64,000 nt of DNA from Candidatus Zipacnadia bacterium (GCA_029821635.1 JALGSW010000011.1:5661-69660), one strand, 5' to 3'; positions 41,702 through 51,946 are shown, counted from the stretch's first letter. Notes: a model not told the origin generated them from the sequence alone. A program made the numbers and translations.

Positions 41702-41803
41702 GAGGGGGCGGTCTCCTTCGCTGCTACCGGACAGATGATCGTGATGGTCGTGCCCGATCCCGGCTCGGACGCAATCTCAACGTCACCGCCAAGGTACGTG
41801 ATC
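41698..41803 (-). pseudogene. 3' remnant of a histidine kinase HATPase domain
   Basis: ITYLGGDVEIASEPGSGTTITIICP...* whose stop overlaps the regulator ATG (ATGA); not in the ORF track. Confidence 0.8.
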
Positions 41804-42437
41804 AGCCCGCGACGAAGCGCGCGAAACAGTCCATCATCAGACAGATGGCGGTGGAGCCGGGGTCCTGAATGCCGATGCTCTTCTCTTTGAACCAGCCGCC
41901 GCGCCCGTGCTTCGCCTCCATCGACTTCGTGGCCTCAAGGGCCTCCCCGCAGGCACGATGGGTCGCGGCGGCGCCGTCGGCGAGCGCGGCGCCGCCGGCG
42001 ACCTGCGCCTGCAGTTCGGCGGCCATCGGCAGCAGCACGTCGAGGATGGTCTTCTCGCCGGGCTTCGCACCGCCGCGCGCGCTCACGCCCGACGCCGCAG
42101 CCTCGATCATGCCGGGGAGGTCGCCCAGGGCGATCTCGGGCTTCCCGCGCACCTGCTTGCCCGCACTCATCAACGCGGTGGCGAAGATCGCGCCGAAGGT
42201 CGAGGCCGCCTCGCGGTTGAAGGCCATCCCGGCCTTCGCAAGGATCACGCCGGGCTCCTCTGCCTCAAGCTCGGGCAGGGCGTCGCGAATGGCCTTCATG
42301 CCGATCGCGATGGTGATGCCGAGATCGCCGTCTCCGAACTGCGCATCGAGCTCGCGCAGGCGGTCACTGTGCCCGGGCATCTCCTCGGTGAGCATCGTGA
42401 GGAACGCGATCAGGTCGGCGCTGCTGAGCGTGTCCAT
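41802..42437 (-). CDS. dhaL: Dihydroxyacetone kinase subunit L (DAK2)
   Basis: LDAQFGDGDLG, GGAKPGEKTILD, DPGS. Confidence 0.9.
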   Translation of the reverse strand: MDTLSSADLIAFLTMLTEEMPGHSDRLRELDAQFGDGDLGITIAIGMKAIRDALPELEAEEPGVILAKAGMAFNREAASTFGAIFATALMSAGKQVRGKPEIALGDLPGMIEAAASGVSARGGAKPGEKTILDVLLPMAAELQAQVAGGAALADGAAATHRACGEALEATKSMEAKHGRGGWFKEKSIGIQDPGSTAICLMMDCFARFVAG

Positions 42438-42516
42438 CGGATCGTCTCCCTTACGGACGACTTCCTCGGCGCGCACGCCCCCGTGCGCATACCAGCAATG
42501 TGCGGGCGGATCGCGT

Positions 42517-43524
42517 CTACGCCCCGAGCCTGGGCAGGAACGGTGAATACGCCTGCGCGTCCAGCAGGCGCTTGAGGTCCGCGTCGAGCCGCAGCAGGCT
42601 CACCGACGCGCCCGCCATCTCCAGCGAGGTCGCGTATTCGCCGATGAACGAGCGGTGGATGGCGATCCCGGCCTCGCCGAGGACCGCGGTCACGCGGCGG
42701 TACATGATGTAGACCTCCTCGGGCGGAGTTGCGCCAAGGGAGTTCACCAGCACGGCGACCTCGTCGCCCGCCTTGAAGGGCATGTCCGCGAGCACGTGCC
42801 CGAGCAGCTCATCGACCACGTCGTCCACGGGCACTATCTCCCCGCGGCGCACGCCGGCCTCGCCGTGGATGCCCATCCCGATCTCCATCTCGCCCTCGCC
42901 AATCTCGAAGGTCGGCGCACCTGCGGCCGGGATCGTGCAGGGCGTGAGCGCGACGCCCATCGAGCGCGTGGCGAACGCCGCCTGCTCGGCGGCCTCGACG
43001 ACCTCGGCGAGGCCCGCGCCCTCCTCGGCCCGCGCGCCGGCGATCTTGTACGCAAAGAACAGGCCCGCGACGGCGCGCCGCCGGTCGATCTCCTCAACCG
43101 GCGCGGAGGAGACGTCGTCCGTGGCGAGCACGGTGGCGACCTCGATGTCATCCATCTCGGCCATCTCGGCGGCCATGCCGAAGTTCATCTTATCGCCGGA
43201 GTAGTTGCCGTAGAGGTGCAGGACGCCCGCGCCGCCGTGCGCGGCCTTCGTGGCGGCGAGCATGTCGTCGGGGGATGGTGAGGAGAAGACGTTGCCGATC
43301 GAGACCGCGTCACACAGGCCGGGCCCGACGTAGCCGAGGAAGACGGGGATGTGCCCCGAGCCGCCTCCGGTGACGATCGCGACCTTGCCCTCGACGGGCC
43401 CGTCTGCGCGCATGAGCGCGCGCTTGCTGCCCCCGCAGCGCTTGAGGTGCTCCGGATGGGCGAGCAGCACGCCCTCGATAGTCTCGTCCACGAACTCGAA
43501 CGGGTCGTTGATGAGCTTCTTCAC
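42517..43524 (-). CDS. dhaK: Dihydroxyacetone kinase subunit K (DAK1)
   Basis: KKLINDP, GGGSGH, NYSGD..NF, EMEIGMGIHGE, TSLEM. Confidence 0.93.
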   Translation of the reverse strand: MKKLINDPFEFVDETIEGVLLAHPEHLKRCGGSKRALMRADGPVEGKVAIVTGGGSGHIPVFLGYVGPGLCDAVSIGNVFSSPSPDDMLAATKAAHGGAGVLHLYGNYSGDKMNFGMAAEMAEMDDIEVATVLATDDVSSAPVEEIDRRRAVAGLFFAYKIAGARAEEGAGLAEVVEAAEQAAFATRSMGVALTPCTIPAAGAPTFEIGEGEMEIGMGIHGEAGVRRGEIVPVDDVVDELLGHVLADMPFKAGDEVAVLVNSLGATPPEEVYIMYRRVTAVLGEAGIAIHRSFIGEYATSLEMAGASVSLLRLDADLKRLLDAQAYSPFLPRLGA

Positions 43525-43672
43525 GGGCCACGCCTCCCCGCGCAGGATGTTAGGATGCCCGCATAGGCTTCGCTACGGCGCAGGATGCACCTCCCGCGCG
43601 GCGAGCAGGAGGACACTCGCCCGCGGGGAACGAATCCATCAGTAGCTCGAAGCCGCACTTTGGAGGTGCCAG

Positions 43673-44746
43673 ATGATGCGCACGGTCATGGTGGTCTGCC
43701 TGCTGACACTTGCCGCAGTGGCATCCGCCCAGTTGAGCATCGACGAGCGCCTGGAGATGCTCTGGGAGCGCGCCACGCGGCAGACCGACTTCGCGCTGTA
43801 TGACGACGCGGTCGCCTCGGGGAAGCTCGCCACACAGATCGACCCTCAGAGCGCCTCGGCGTGGGCGCTGCTGGCCTACACCCAGTGGATGAGCCCCGCC
43901 GGGCTCGAGCCGGAGGCCAATGCCTCCGCCGAGTATGCGCTGGCGCTCGACCCGGACTCCGCGCTGGCGCACTACGCGCACGGGCTGTGCATCCCCTACG
44001 TGACGGACCCGCCGGACTACGGCGCGGCCATCGCGGAACTGCAGGAGGCCGCGCGCCTCGATCCGGACCTTGCGCGCGCGTGGTCGTACCTGGGGATGAC
44101 GCTGGTGGACAGTGGCGATGCTCCGGGGGCCATCGAGCCGCTGCGCCGCGCGGTCGAGATCAATCCCGACTACTGGGAGTGGCACCTGAATCTCGGCTAC
44201 GGGCTCGACGTGGACTGGCAGTTGGAGGAGGCCGTGGCGGCCAGCCGGCGCGCTGTGGAGCTGGCCTACTCGCCCTTCAGCGAGGAGCTTGCGCGTAACA
44301 ACGTCGCCTGGGAGACTTGCCTGCTCATGCCTGAGGATGCGGACCTGCGCGAGCAGGCCCTTGCGAGCGCACGCCGCGCGGTGGAGCTTCTGCCAAACGA
44401 CTGGCAGAACCTCGACACGTTGGGGGGCACGGAACTGCTCTTCGGCACGCCTGAGGCGGCAGAGGTGGCGCTGCGCGCCGCCATCGCGAACGGGAACAAC
44501 AGCTTCCCGGCGCTGGCGTATGCGCTGCTGCTGCAGGGGCAGGATGCCGAGGCGCGCGAGGTGCTGCACGGGGCCGCGGACGTCCTCACGCCCGCCAACG
44601 CCGAGATCCAGCACGCCTACTTCGGGGCGCTGGCGTGGGAGACGCTGGGCGAGCCGGAGATCGCGCGGCGCATCGCCCGGCACATGGTCAACACATGGCC
44701 CGATGCGCCGTGGACGAAGCAGGTGGCAGCAGACCTTGCGGAATGA
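43673..44746 (+). CDS. Secreted TPR-repeat protein
   Basis: Signal peptide; repeats ALALDP, ARLDP, AVEINP, AVELLP. Confidence 0.85.
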   Translation: MMRTVMVVCLLTLAAVASAQLSIDERLEMLWERATRQTDFALYDDAVASGKLATQIDPQSASAWALLAYTQWMSPAGLEPEANASAEYALALDPDSALAHYAHGLCIPYVTDPPDYGAAIAELQEAARLDPDLARAWSYLGMTLVDSGDAPGAIEPLRRAVEINPDYWEWHLNLGYGLDVDWQLEEAVAASRRAVELAYSPFSEELARNNVAWETCLLMPEDADLREQALASARRAVELLPNDWQNLDTLGGTELLFGTPEAAEVALRAAIANGNNSFPALAYALLLQGQDAEAREVLHGAADVLTPANAEIQHAYFGALAWETLGEPEIARRIARHMVNTWPDAPWTKQVAADLAE

Positions 44747-44820
44747 CGGAGCCGGACGCGGGAGCGGCGGCGGCGCGCTGGCCGTTCCGCTCCCGTTGCA
44801 CTTCTCACCGTCGGTCTTCC

Positions 44821-45855
44821 CTACGCAACGCCCAACACGCGGATCAGCACCAGGCTGCAGACCGCGAGGATGATCGCGCCGATCACGCCGACGACCAGTG
44901 GCTTGCCGCCGATGCCCTTGAAGGCGCTGAAGCGCGTGTTCAGGCCGATCCCCGCCATCCCGACGAGGATCAGGAACTTACCCCACGAGGTGAACGCCGC
45001 GATCCCCGCCTCAGTGAAGAAGCCGTAGCTGCGCAGCGCGACCATCACGAAGTAGCCGAACAGGAACCACGGGAAGCCCTTCATCCAGTTGATGCGCTGG
45101 GGCTCCTCGCCGACCTCGCACGCCTCCTCACGGCCGCGCACGCATGAGCCATACCAGACCGCGATGACCAGCGCGAGCGGCGCCATGAAGGTGTTGCGCA
45201 CGAGCTTGACCGCGGTCGCGATGTCGCCCGCCGTCTCCGAGAAGATGAAGCCCGCGCCCACCGCCTGGGGCGTTGACTGCACCGCCACGCCCGCGAACAG
45301 TCCGAAGATCGCGTCCGCGCCCGGCGCGATGATGCGGAACAGCGCCGGATAGGCGATCATCGCCACCACGCCCCACAGCGCGATAGTGCCGATGGCGTAA
45401 GACGTCTCCTCTTCCTTCGCCTCGATCAGCGGGGCGGTGACCGCGATGGCTGAGCCGCCACAGATCGTGGTCCCGACCGAAAGCAGCAGCGAGAGCCGCT
45501 GACTGAGGCCGAAGGCTTTGCCGAGCAGGTAGATCGACCAGAAGCCCACGACCATCGTGCCGACGATGACCGCGAGCATCGCCCAGCCCTGGCCAAGGAC
45601 GTCGCCGACGTTCAGGCCCGCGCCGATGAGCACGATGCCGAGCACGAGCGGGGTCTCGAAGGACTTGATGCCAGAGCGCGTGGCCTCGGGGAGCAGGCGG
45701 ACGTTGGCGAGGAGAATCCCGAGGATGACCGCGACGACGGCGGGCTCAACGGGGTTGCTGCCGCCCACGACGATCGCCGCGGAGACCAGCACTGAGATGA
45801 TGGCGATGGCCAGCATGACGAGCCAGCCGGGCAGGAATTCGGCCTTGACCTTCAT
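44821..45855 (-). CDS. YeiH / UPF0324 putative sulfate exporter family membrane protein
   Basis: GTTICGGSAI, AVKLVR, FPWFLFGY, MAGIGL; about 10 TM helices. Confidence 0.9.
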   Translation of the reverse strand: MKVKAEFLPGWLVMLAIAIISVLVSAAIVVGGSNPVEPAVVAVILGILLANVRLLPEATRSGIKSFETPLVLGIVLIGAGLNVGDVLGQGWAMLAVIVGTMVVGFWSIYLLGKAFGLSQRLSLLLSVGTTICGGSAIAVTAPLIEAKEEETSYAIGTIALWGVVAMIAYPALFRIIAPGADAIFGLFAGVAVQSTPQAVGAGFIFSETAGDIATAVKLVRNTFMAPLALVIAVWYGSCVRGREEACEVGEEPQRINWMKGFPWFLFGYFVMVALRSYGFFTEAGIAAFTSWGKFLILVGMAGIGLNTRFSAFKGIGGKPLVVGVIGAIILAVCSLVLIRVLGVA

Positions 45856-46072
45856 GGACAGACACCTGGATCGTTCGACGGTGATTGGCGTACCGAACGG
45901 CATGGTAGCACTGTGCGCGGCCCGACGCAACCGGAGGGGGAAGAGTGAATGGTGAAGAGGGAAAGGGGGACGGCAACGGCGCGCGCCCCGTGGTGCGGAC
46001 GCCCCCGTCCGCTTGGCTCTTGTCGAAGGAACGCCCGCCCACACCGGCGAATGGCCATCGAGGCGCCACCAC

Positions 46073-46129
46073 GCCGAGAATGCCCTCATCTTCATCGAGA
46101 GCGAGGTCGCCGCGCATGGCATCAAGTGA
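46073..46129 (+). pseudogene. 3' remnant of a paralogous YcxB-like gene
   Basis: ENALIFIESEVAAHGIK* versus EDALLFIEAEVAAHGGE* at the end of the next gene. Confidence 0.7.
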
Positions 46130-46664
46130 CAGCCCTCAGACCCAACCGGACCTGCAGCCCACATCGCGGCGCTACGAGTTCACCGTCCGCGTGGCGCCGG
46201 ATGTGCTGCGGCGGGCCGCCACGTTCTTCATGTGGCGGCGGCTGAGGCTGCGTTACGTCCTCGGCTGGGTCGGCGCGGGCCTCGGCACAGCCGTCTACCG
46301 AGCGACGCACGTCGGCCTGCTCACCGACGCTATCGGGCTTCTGACGGCGCTGCTCGTGCTCGTACTGGTGCTGCTGCCGATCGCGATCTGGCTCGCGATC
46401 GGGCGCACGGTCAAAGGCTACGCGAAGCTCACCGGGGGAGCGCCCGTCCACTACGAGGTGGATGGCGAGTGGCTCAAGAGCCGGTATCAGAACGGTGCGG
46501 GGGAGCTGCGCTGGAACGCATTCGAGAAGGTATTGAGGACCAACGAGGTCGCGCTGCTGTCGATGGCCGCGGAACAGCGTTTCATTCCCTTGCCGATCGG
46601 GCAGGTCCCAGAGGATGCGCTGCTGTTCATCGAGGCGGAGGTGGCGGCGCACGGTGGCGAGTGA
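46116..46664 (+). CDS. YcxB-like membrane protein
   Basis: Two TM helices followed by ELRWNAFEKV...FIPLP. Confidence 0.75.
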   Translation: MASSDSPQTQPDLQPTSRRYEFTVRVAPDVLRRAATFFMWRRLRLRYVLGWVGAGLGTAVYRATHVGLLTDAIGLLTALLVLVLVLLPIAIWLAIGRTVKGYAKLTGGAPVHYEVDGEWLKSRYQNGAGELRWNAFEKVLRTNEVALLSMAAEQRFIPLPIGQVPEDALLFIEAEVAAHGGE

Positions 46665-46667
46665 GCT

Positions 46668-47930
46668 TCACGGGCGGGCCGTCTCGACAGGCACGGTGAG
46701 CGTCACGCGGGTGCCGGTGAGCTCGTTTGACTCGATCAGCATCGCTCCGCCGACGTAGTCCAGCCGCTCGCTGATGTTGAACAGGCCGTAGCTGCTGTGC
46801 CCCTCGAGCGCATTCGCCGGGCTGAAGCCCTGCCCGTCATCGGAGACGCGCACGAGGACGTGGCCGTCCGCCCGGCTGACCGACACGGTCGCGTGATGGG
46901 CGTGGGCGTGCCTGACCACGTTCGTCAGAAGCTCGTTGACCGCCCGGAAGAGTGTGACGCTCACATCCTCCGCGAGCGGCTTGTCGCGGCCGTCGTCGGT
47001 GAACTCCAGGTTCAGGTCGTGGCGCTCCCCGAACTGCTCAGTGAGCCATCCGATGGCCTCTGTGAGGCCCAGTTCGTGCAGCAGCGGCGGGCTCAGCTCG
47101 AAGGCCAACGCTCGCGAGCCTGCGATGGCGGCGTCGAGCAGGTCGTTGATCTCGCTGATGTTGTCTCGGCAGGATTCGCCGTCCGGGCAGGTCGTGAGCG
47201 ATCCGACTCGGAGCTTCGCGTAGGCGAGGTTCTGACTGATATCGTCGTGGATGCGGGTGGCGATGGCGCGCCGCTGGCGCTCCTCGGACAGCGCGACTTC
47301 CGAACCCAGCGACCTGAGGGACTGCTGGTAGCGGGCGAGCCGTCGCTCGGTCTCACGCCGCCTCGAGACGTCGGTCCCGATAGCGATGACGCCGAGTACT
47401 TCGCCGTCGGAGTCCAGAACCGGCCGCCTGGTCACGGAGAAGCATGCCTCACGGCCATCGGCGCGCAGCACGTCGATCTCATCGGTGCGCTGAGCGAATG
47501 GGGCGGCGAGGAACTGCTCGATGATGGCGTCGTGCTCAGGCCCCGGCGCCAACACCCGCGCGAGCAGCTCGCGCGCCGGAAGGCCCTCAAGCTCACTCGG
47601 GTCCGTGCCCATGAAGTCTGCCAGGTAGCGGTTGGCGTGGTGGACGATCAGGTCGGCATCGACGAAGAGGACGGACGCGTCGAGCTTGTCGATGAGGTAG
47701 TGGTAGGGGCACGAGTCGGGCTCCCCATCGGGGTCGCCGTGGGCGTACCATGGCGTGTGTTCCTGCGCGTGCCGGACTCGGGCCAACTCGGCCTCCGAGC
47801 GTTCGGCACGCGCCTGCAGACGCTCCATTTCGGCGATCATATCCTCATTGGTCACATCAGACGGACCCAGTCCCCGCGGGCGCCTCTCCACAAACGCCCG
47901 CATCGATTCGGCCTGCGTGCCTCGTGCCAT
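46668..47930 (-). CDS. PAS-domain sensor histidine kinase (HisKA_3)
   Basis: PAS/PAC, EERQRRAIATRIHDDISQ, ELLTNVVRHA, DDGQGF, GLFNISERL. Confidence 0.94.
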   Translation of the reverse strand: MARGTQAESMRAFVERRPRGLGPSDVTNEDMIAEMERLQARAERSEAELARVRHAQEHTPWYAHGDPDGEPDSCPYHYLIDKLDASVLFVDADLIVHHANRYLADFMGTDPSELEGLPARELLARVLAPGPEHDAIIEQFLAAPFAQRTDEIDVLRADGREACFSVTRRPVLDSDGEVLGVIAIGTDVSRRRETERRLARYQQSLRSLGSEVALSEERQRRAIATRIHDDISQNLAYAKLRVGSLTTCPDGESCRDNISEINDLLDAAIAGSRALAFELSPPLLHELGLTEAIGWLTEQFGERHDLNLEFTDDGRDKPLAEDVSVTLFRAVNELLTNVVRHAHAHHATVSVSRADGHVLVRVSDDGQGFSPANALEGHSSYGLFNISERLDYVGGAMLIESNELTGTRVTLTVPVETARP

Positions 47931-48112
47931 CTATGCAGCCACCCCTAAGCCAGTGCTGGGCGCGCGCCTCCCCGGAACCTGTGCCGCGGGACGGCTGCTT
48001 GCCCACGTCACTCAGTCACTGCAAATCACCACCATAGTATACGTTCCAGCACGGATGAACTGTATCGGGGTAATCCTCCATTTTCGTCTCAGGACGACCA
48101 CCGGGTCTCGGG

Positions 48113-49447
48113 CTACTCGGACCAGTCGATCGCGCCCTCCGCCGGATCGTCGATCGCCCGCTGCCATGCTGTGAGGGCGCTCCTGAGCCGATTCACCTGC
48201 TCGTCCATCCCCGGCGCGGAGGCGAGGTTGGCGGTCTCCCACGGATCGGCCGCGAGGTCGAAGAGCTGTGTCACGCGCTCGGCAGGGCCAAAGTACTCCA
48301 CGAGCTTCCAGCGCTCGTCGCGCACCGCGCGCTGGCGGTCCATGTAGGCGAAGAACAGGTCATCGTATCCACCCGCGCCCGCTTCACCGCGGATGGTCGG
48401 CGCGAGCGACCGCCCCTCCACCGTCTGCGGCGCAGGCAGGTCCGCGAGGTCGCACAGCGTCGGGAAGAGGTCCAGCAGGTAGCACAGCGCATCTGAACGC
48501 TCGCCCTGGGGGAGCCCCGGTCCGCCGATGACCAGCGGCACGCGCACCGAGTGCTCATACATGTTCTGCTTGCCCATCAGCCCGTGCTGGCCGACCGCGA
48601 GGCCGTTGTCACCGGCGAAGACGACGATCGTGTCATCCGCGTGGCCGCTCTCCTCCAGCGCGTCGAGCACGCGCCCGATCTGCGCGTCGAGGTGTGTGAT
48701 CATCGCGTAGTACGCCGCGATGTGCTCCTGCACGATCTCCGGCGTGCGCGGGAAAGGCGCGAGCATCTCATCGCGAATGACCATCTCCCCGTTGTCGAAG
48801 GGGTGCACCGGCTGGAAGTTCGGCGGGACCTCGATCCGGCTCGGGTCGTAGAGGTCCGCGAACTCCCTCGGCGCCATGCGCGGGTCGTGTGGCGCGGTGT
48901 ACGAGACGTAGGCGAAGAACGGCGCGTCGCCATCGCAGGCGCTCAGGAAGTCGATCGCTGCGTCGGAGAACAGCTCGGAGGAGAACTCCTTGCCGATGGA
49001 GCGATCCTCCTCGGGGTAGCTCCCGTCCGGATGGAAATCGTAGACCGGGACCTCCAGATGGTTGGACATGCCCCCGTAGAAGATGCTGGCGCCGTCGCTG
49101 AAGCTGCGCGCGTAGCTGGGCGGGAGGTTGTGCCACTTCCCGGTGCCGAAGGTCGAGTAGCCATGTTCGCGCAGATGCTGGGGCAGCGTGGTGAACTCCC
49201 CGCAATCGCGCGGGGCGTGGTAGAGGCTCCGGCCGGTCATGAGCATGGCGCGCGAAGGCTGGCAGACCGCCGGGCAGACCGAGCCCTGGATTGCGGCGTG
49301 CGTGAAGGCCGTCCCGCGCTCAACGAGCCGGTCCATGTTCGGCGTGATGACCTGGCGCGGGAGCGCAGGATTGCCCAGCGCGCCGACGGCATCGAAGCGC
49401 TGGTCGTCGGTGAAGAGGAAGAGGATGTTCGGGCGGCGTGCGCTCAT
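48113..49447 (-). CDS. Sulfatase (choline-sulfatase-like)
   Basis: PNILFLFTDDQR, CQPSR, GKWH, APHDP, DNG. Confidence 0.93.
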   Translation of the reverse strand: MSARRPNILFLFTDDQRFDAVGALGNPALPRQVITPNMDRLVERGTAFTHAAIQGSVCPAVCQPSRAMLMTGRSLYHAPRDCGEFTTLPQHLREHGYSTFGTGKWHNLPPSYARSFSDGASIFYGGMSNHLEVPVYDFHPDGSYPEEDRSIGKEFSSELFSDAAIDFLSACDGDAPFFAYVSYTAPHDPRMAPREFADLYDPSRIEVPPNFQPVHPFDNGEMVIRDEMLAPFPRTPEIVQEHIAAYYAMITHLDAQIGRVLDALEESGHADDTIVVFAGDNGLAVGQHGLMGKQNMYEHSVRVPLVIGGPGLPQGERSDALCYLLDLFPTLCDLADLPAPQTVEGRSLAPTIRGEAGAGGYDDLFFAYMDRQRAVRDERWKLVEYFGPAERVTQLFDLAADPWETANLASAPGMDEQVNRLRSALTAWQRAIDDPAEGAIDWSE

Positions 49448-50427
49448 CTGCGTGTCTCCTCACGGTGCGACGCTCTTGGGGCGTGGTTGCGGCCGAAGCG
49501 GGCCAGCAGAAAGGGCCGCCCGAGGTGCGTCAGGCAGTAGCCCACCCGCCCGGCCTCGTGGCGCAGGCGCGGGCGCAGGCCGGGACGGAAGAGGCTCGGC
49601 GGCGCGAGCAGCAGCGTGGCGAGGCCCGCCCGTGCCAGCCACCACAGGTAGTTGCCACGCGCCGCCCACGGCCCGTGCGCCTGCGTGAGGTAGCGGAAGT
49701 AGCCGTCATGGCGGCGCATCATGGTCAGCCACGAGGACACCTGCTCCGAGGAGCAGCTCCCGTGGTGGACGACTTGCAGTGACGCAACCTGCGCGAGCCG
49801 CCGGCCCGCCCGCCACGCGCGCAGCCCCCAGTCGATGTCCTCTGAGTAGAGGAAGAAGCCCTCGTCGAAGCCATCGGTGGCCGCCAGCGCCTCGCGGCGG
49901 ATGAGCCCGCAGGCGCCCATGAACCAGTGTATTGCGGCAGCGTCGGGGCAGCCTTCCAGCGCCATCGACTCCCCGTGCATGGGCAGTTCGTCGCCCAGCA
50001 GCTTGAGCGTCAGGGGCGGGAAGGGGCGCGCGCTCTGTGTGTCCTCACCGCGGTCATCGACCAGCACCGGCGCGACCGCGCCCAACTCGGGGTTCGCCGC
50101 GAGGCAGCCGTGCAGAACTGTAAGCGCGTCGGGCGGCAGGACCGTGTCGGGGTTCATCTGCAGCACGAAGGGGCGCTCGGAGGCCCGCCAGCCCTGGTTG
50201 AAGGCGGTGGCGAAGCCACGGTTGTCGGGGTTGGCGATCACGTGCACCTGCGGGAAACGCTCGCGCACCATCTCTACGGTGCCATCCGACGAGGCGTTGT
50301 CCACGACGACCACCTGCGGCCCGCCACCGCCCGGTCCAAGCAGCGTCTCCAGTGACGCGGCCAGCTCATCCCGCGTGTTCCAGCTTACGTAGACCGCCAC
50401 GATCTGTGTCAGCGCATCACGATCCAT
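49444..50427 (-). CDS. Glycosyltransferase family 2 (WbbL-like)
   Basis: VVDNASSDG, NRGFA..FNQG, NPDT, GFDEGFFLYSEDID. Confidence 0.92.
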   Translation of the reverse strand: MDRDALTQIVAVYVSWNTRDELAASLETLLGPGGGGPQVVVVDNASSDGTVEMVRERFPQVHVIANPDNRGFATAFNQGWRASERPFVLQMNPDTVLPPDALTVLHGCLAANPELGAVAPVLVDDRGEDTQSARPFPPLTLKLLGDELPMHGESMALEGCPDAAAIHWFMGACGLIRREALAATDGFDEGFFLYSEDIDWGLRAWRAGRRLAQVASLQVVHHGSCSSEQVSSWLTMMRRHDGYFRYLTQAHGPWAARGNYLWWLARAGLATLLLAPPSLFRPGLRPRLRHEAGRVGYCLTHLGRPFLLARFGRNHAPRASHREETRR

Positions 50428-50780
50428 CGCGTGTCCCTCGGTGCTCCGATGAGTGCCGCGCGCGGGGCTTGCCGGATAGGGGTTTCATTGCCCCGCGCGC
50501 GACACCTCCGCCCTCGGCGGGATTGCGGTAGGAGAATCGCGGCGATCCTCGACGAGCCGACTGTGACCGGCTCGAACCCGCGGTAACGGCGAATAACGGC
50601 AGCGAAAGGCGGCGAACGGCCAGCACGAGGTCGTTCGCCGTCGTCGTGTGTCGTTCGGAGCGACGCATCTGTCGTGTCGATGCGTCGGCCTTTGCTGTTC
50701 GGCGCTACGGAAGGTCCCTCCGCCGCCCGCGACGTATTACTCCGCAAGCTCACACTCGCTCGCCTGAGAGGTCTCCCGCC

Positions 50781-51812
50781 ATGAAGGGCGTCGTCTTCAC
50801 CGGCAACCGCACGCTTGAGGTCCGCGACTTCCCGGAGCCCACCGCGGGGCGCGGCGAGGTCGTCATCCGCATCGAAGCCACCGGCATCTGCGGCTCCGAC
50901 CTGCACGTGTATCGCGGCGCACACGATATGAACCAGATCGGCGGTCATGAGCCCTGCGGCACCGTCGTCGAGGTCGGCGAGGACATCGTGCGGCTCAAGG
51001 TCGGCGATCGCGTCACGGTGCATCACCACCACGGCTGCGGGGTCTGCGAGCAGTGCGCGCGCGGCGAGACCGTCCGCTGCCTCTACGACCACCAGGTCTA
51101 CGGCGTCGGTCGACCGGGTTCGTTCGCGGAGTACATGGCGGCGGGTGAGGCCAACTGCATCCCGCTCCCCGAGCCACTCACGCCCGCCGACGGCGCCTGC
51201 ATGGCGTGCGTCGGCACCACCGCATACGCGGCCCTGCGGCGCATCGAGGCGAAGCCCCACGAGACGCTGGCGGTCTTCGGCCTCGGGCCGGTGGGGCTGA
51301 GCGCGGTGCTGGTCGGGAAGGCGCTCGGGATGCGCGTGGCGGGTGTGGACGTGATCGAGGAGCGCCTGCGGCTCGCGGGCGCGTGCGGGGCCGATGAGGT
51401 CATCGACGGCCGCGAGGAGGGCGTCGTCGAGCGCCTGCACGAGTTCTCCCGCACACCGGGCATCGGCTGGATCGACGGCGTGGACTGCCTCGTCGAGACC
51501 TCCGGCGCGACCGCCGCGCGGGAGTGGATGATCGACGCGCTGCGCCGCAAGGGCCGCATCGCGATCGTGGGCGTGGGCGGGCAGGAGAAGGTCATCAACC
51601 CGTCGCAGATCCACGGCAAGGCCTGCACGATCGTCGGCTCGGTGGTATTCCCACTGGGCTGGAGTTGGGACTTCGCACATTTCCTGCTCGCGAGCGGGAT
51701 GAGCTTCGAGCCGATGGTGACGCACCGCTACCCACTGGCGTCCGCCGCCGATGCGATGGCGATGGCGGACTCTGGGAAGTGCGGGAAGGTACTGATGGAA
51801 CCGGGCGGGTAG
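50781..51812 (+). CDS. Zn-dependent (MDR) alcohol/polyol dehydrogenase
   Basis: GICGSDLH, GHE, CGVCEQC...C, GLGPVG. Confidence 0.93.
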   Translation: MKGVVFTGNRTLEVRDFPEPTAGRGEVVIRIEATGICGSDLHVYRGAHDMNQIGGHEPCGTVVEVGEDIVRLKVGDRVTVHHHHGCGVCEQCARGETVRCLYDHQVYGVGRPGSFAEYMAAGEANCIPLPEPLTPADGACMACVGTTAYAALRRIEAKPHETLAVFGLGPVGLSAVLVGKALGMRVAGVDVIEERLRLAGACGADEVIDGREEGVVERLHEFSRTPGIGWIDGVDCLVETSGATAAREWMIDALRRKGRIAIVGVGGQEKVINPSQIHGKACTIVGSVVFPLGWSWDFAHFLLASGMSFEPMVTHRYPLASAADAMAMADSGKCGKVLMEPGG

Positions 51813-51946
51813 CCGCAAACGGAGCTGTGCCGTTGCCGTACGGAGGGGCCGCCTGAGCGTGCTCGGTCGACCGCCAGCGAGAGCGAGCACGCGAAGTCGG
51901 CCCGCGGCGCGCGATGACGATCGTTAGATCACGAGGAGGTGCCGAG

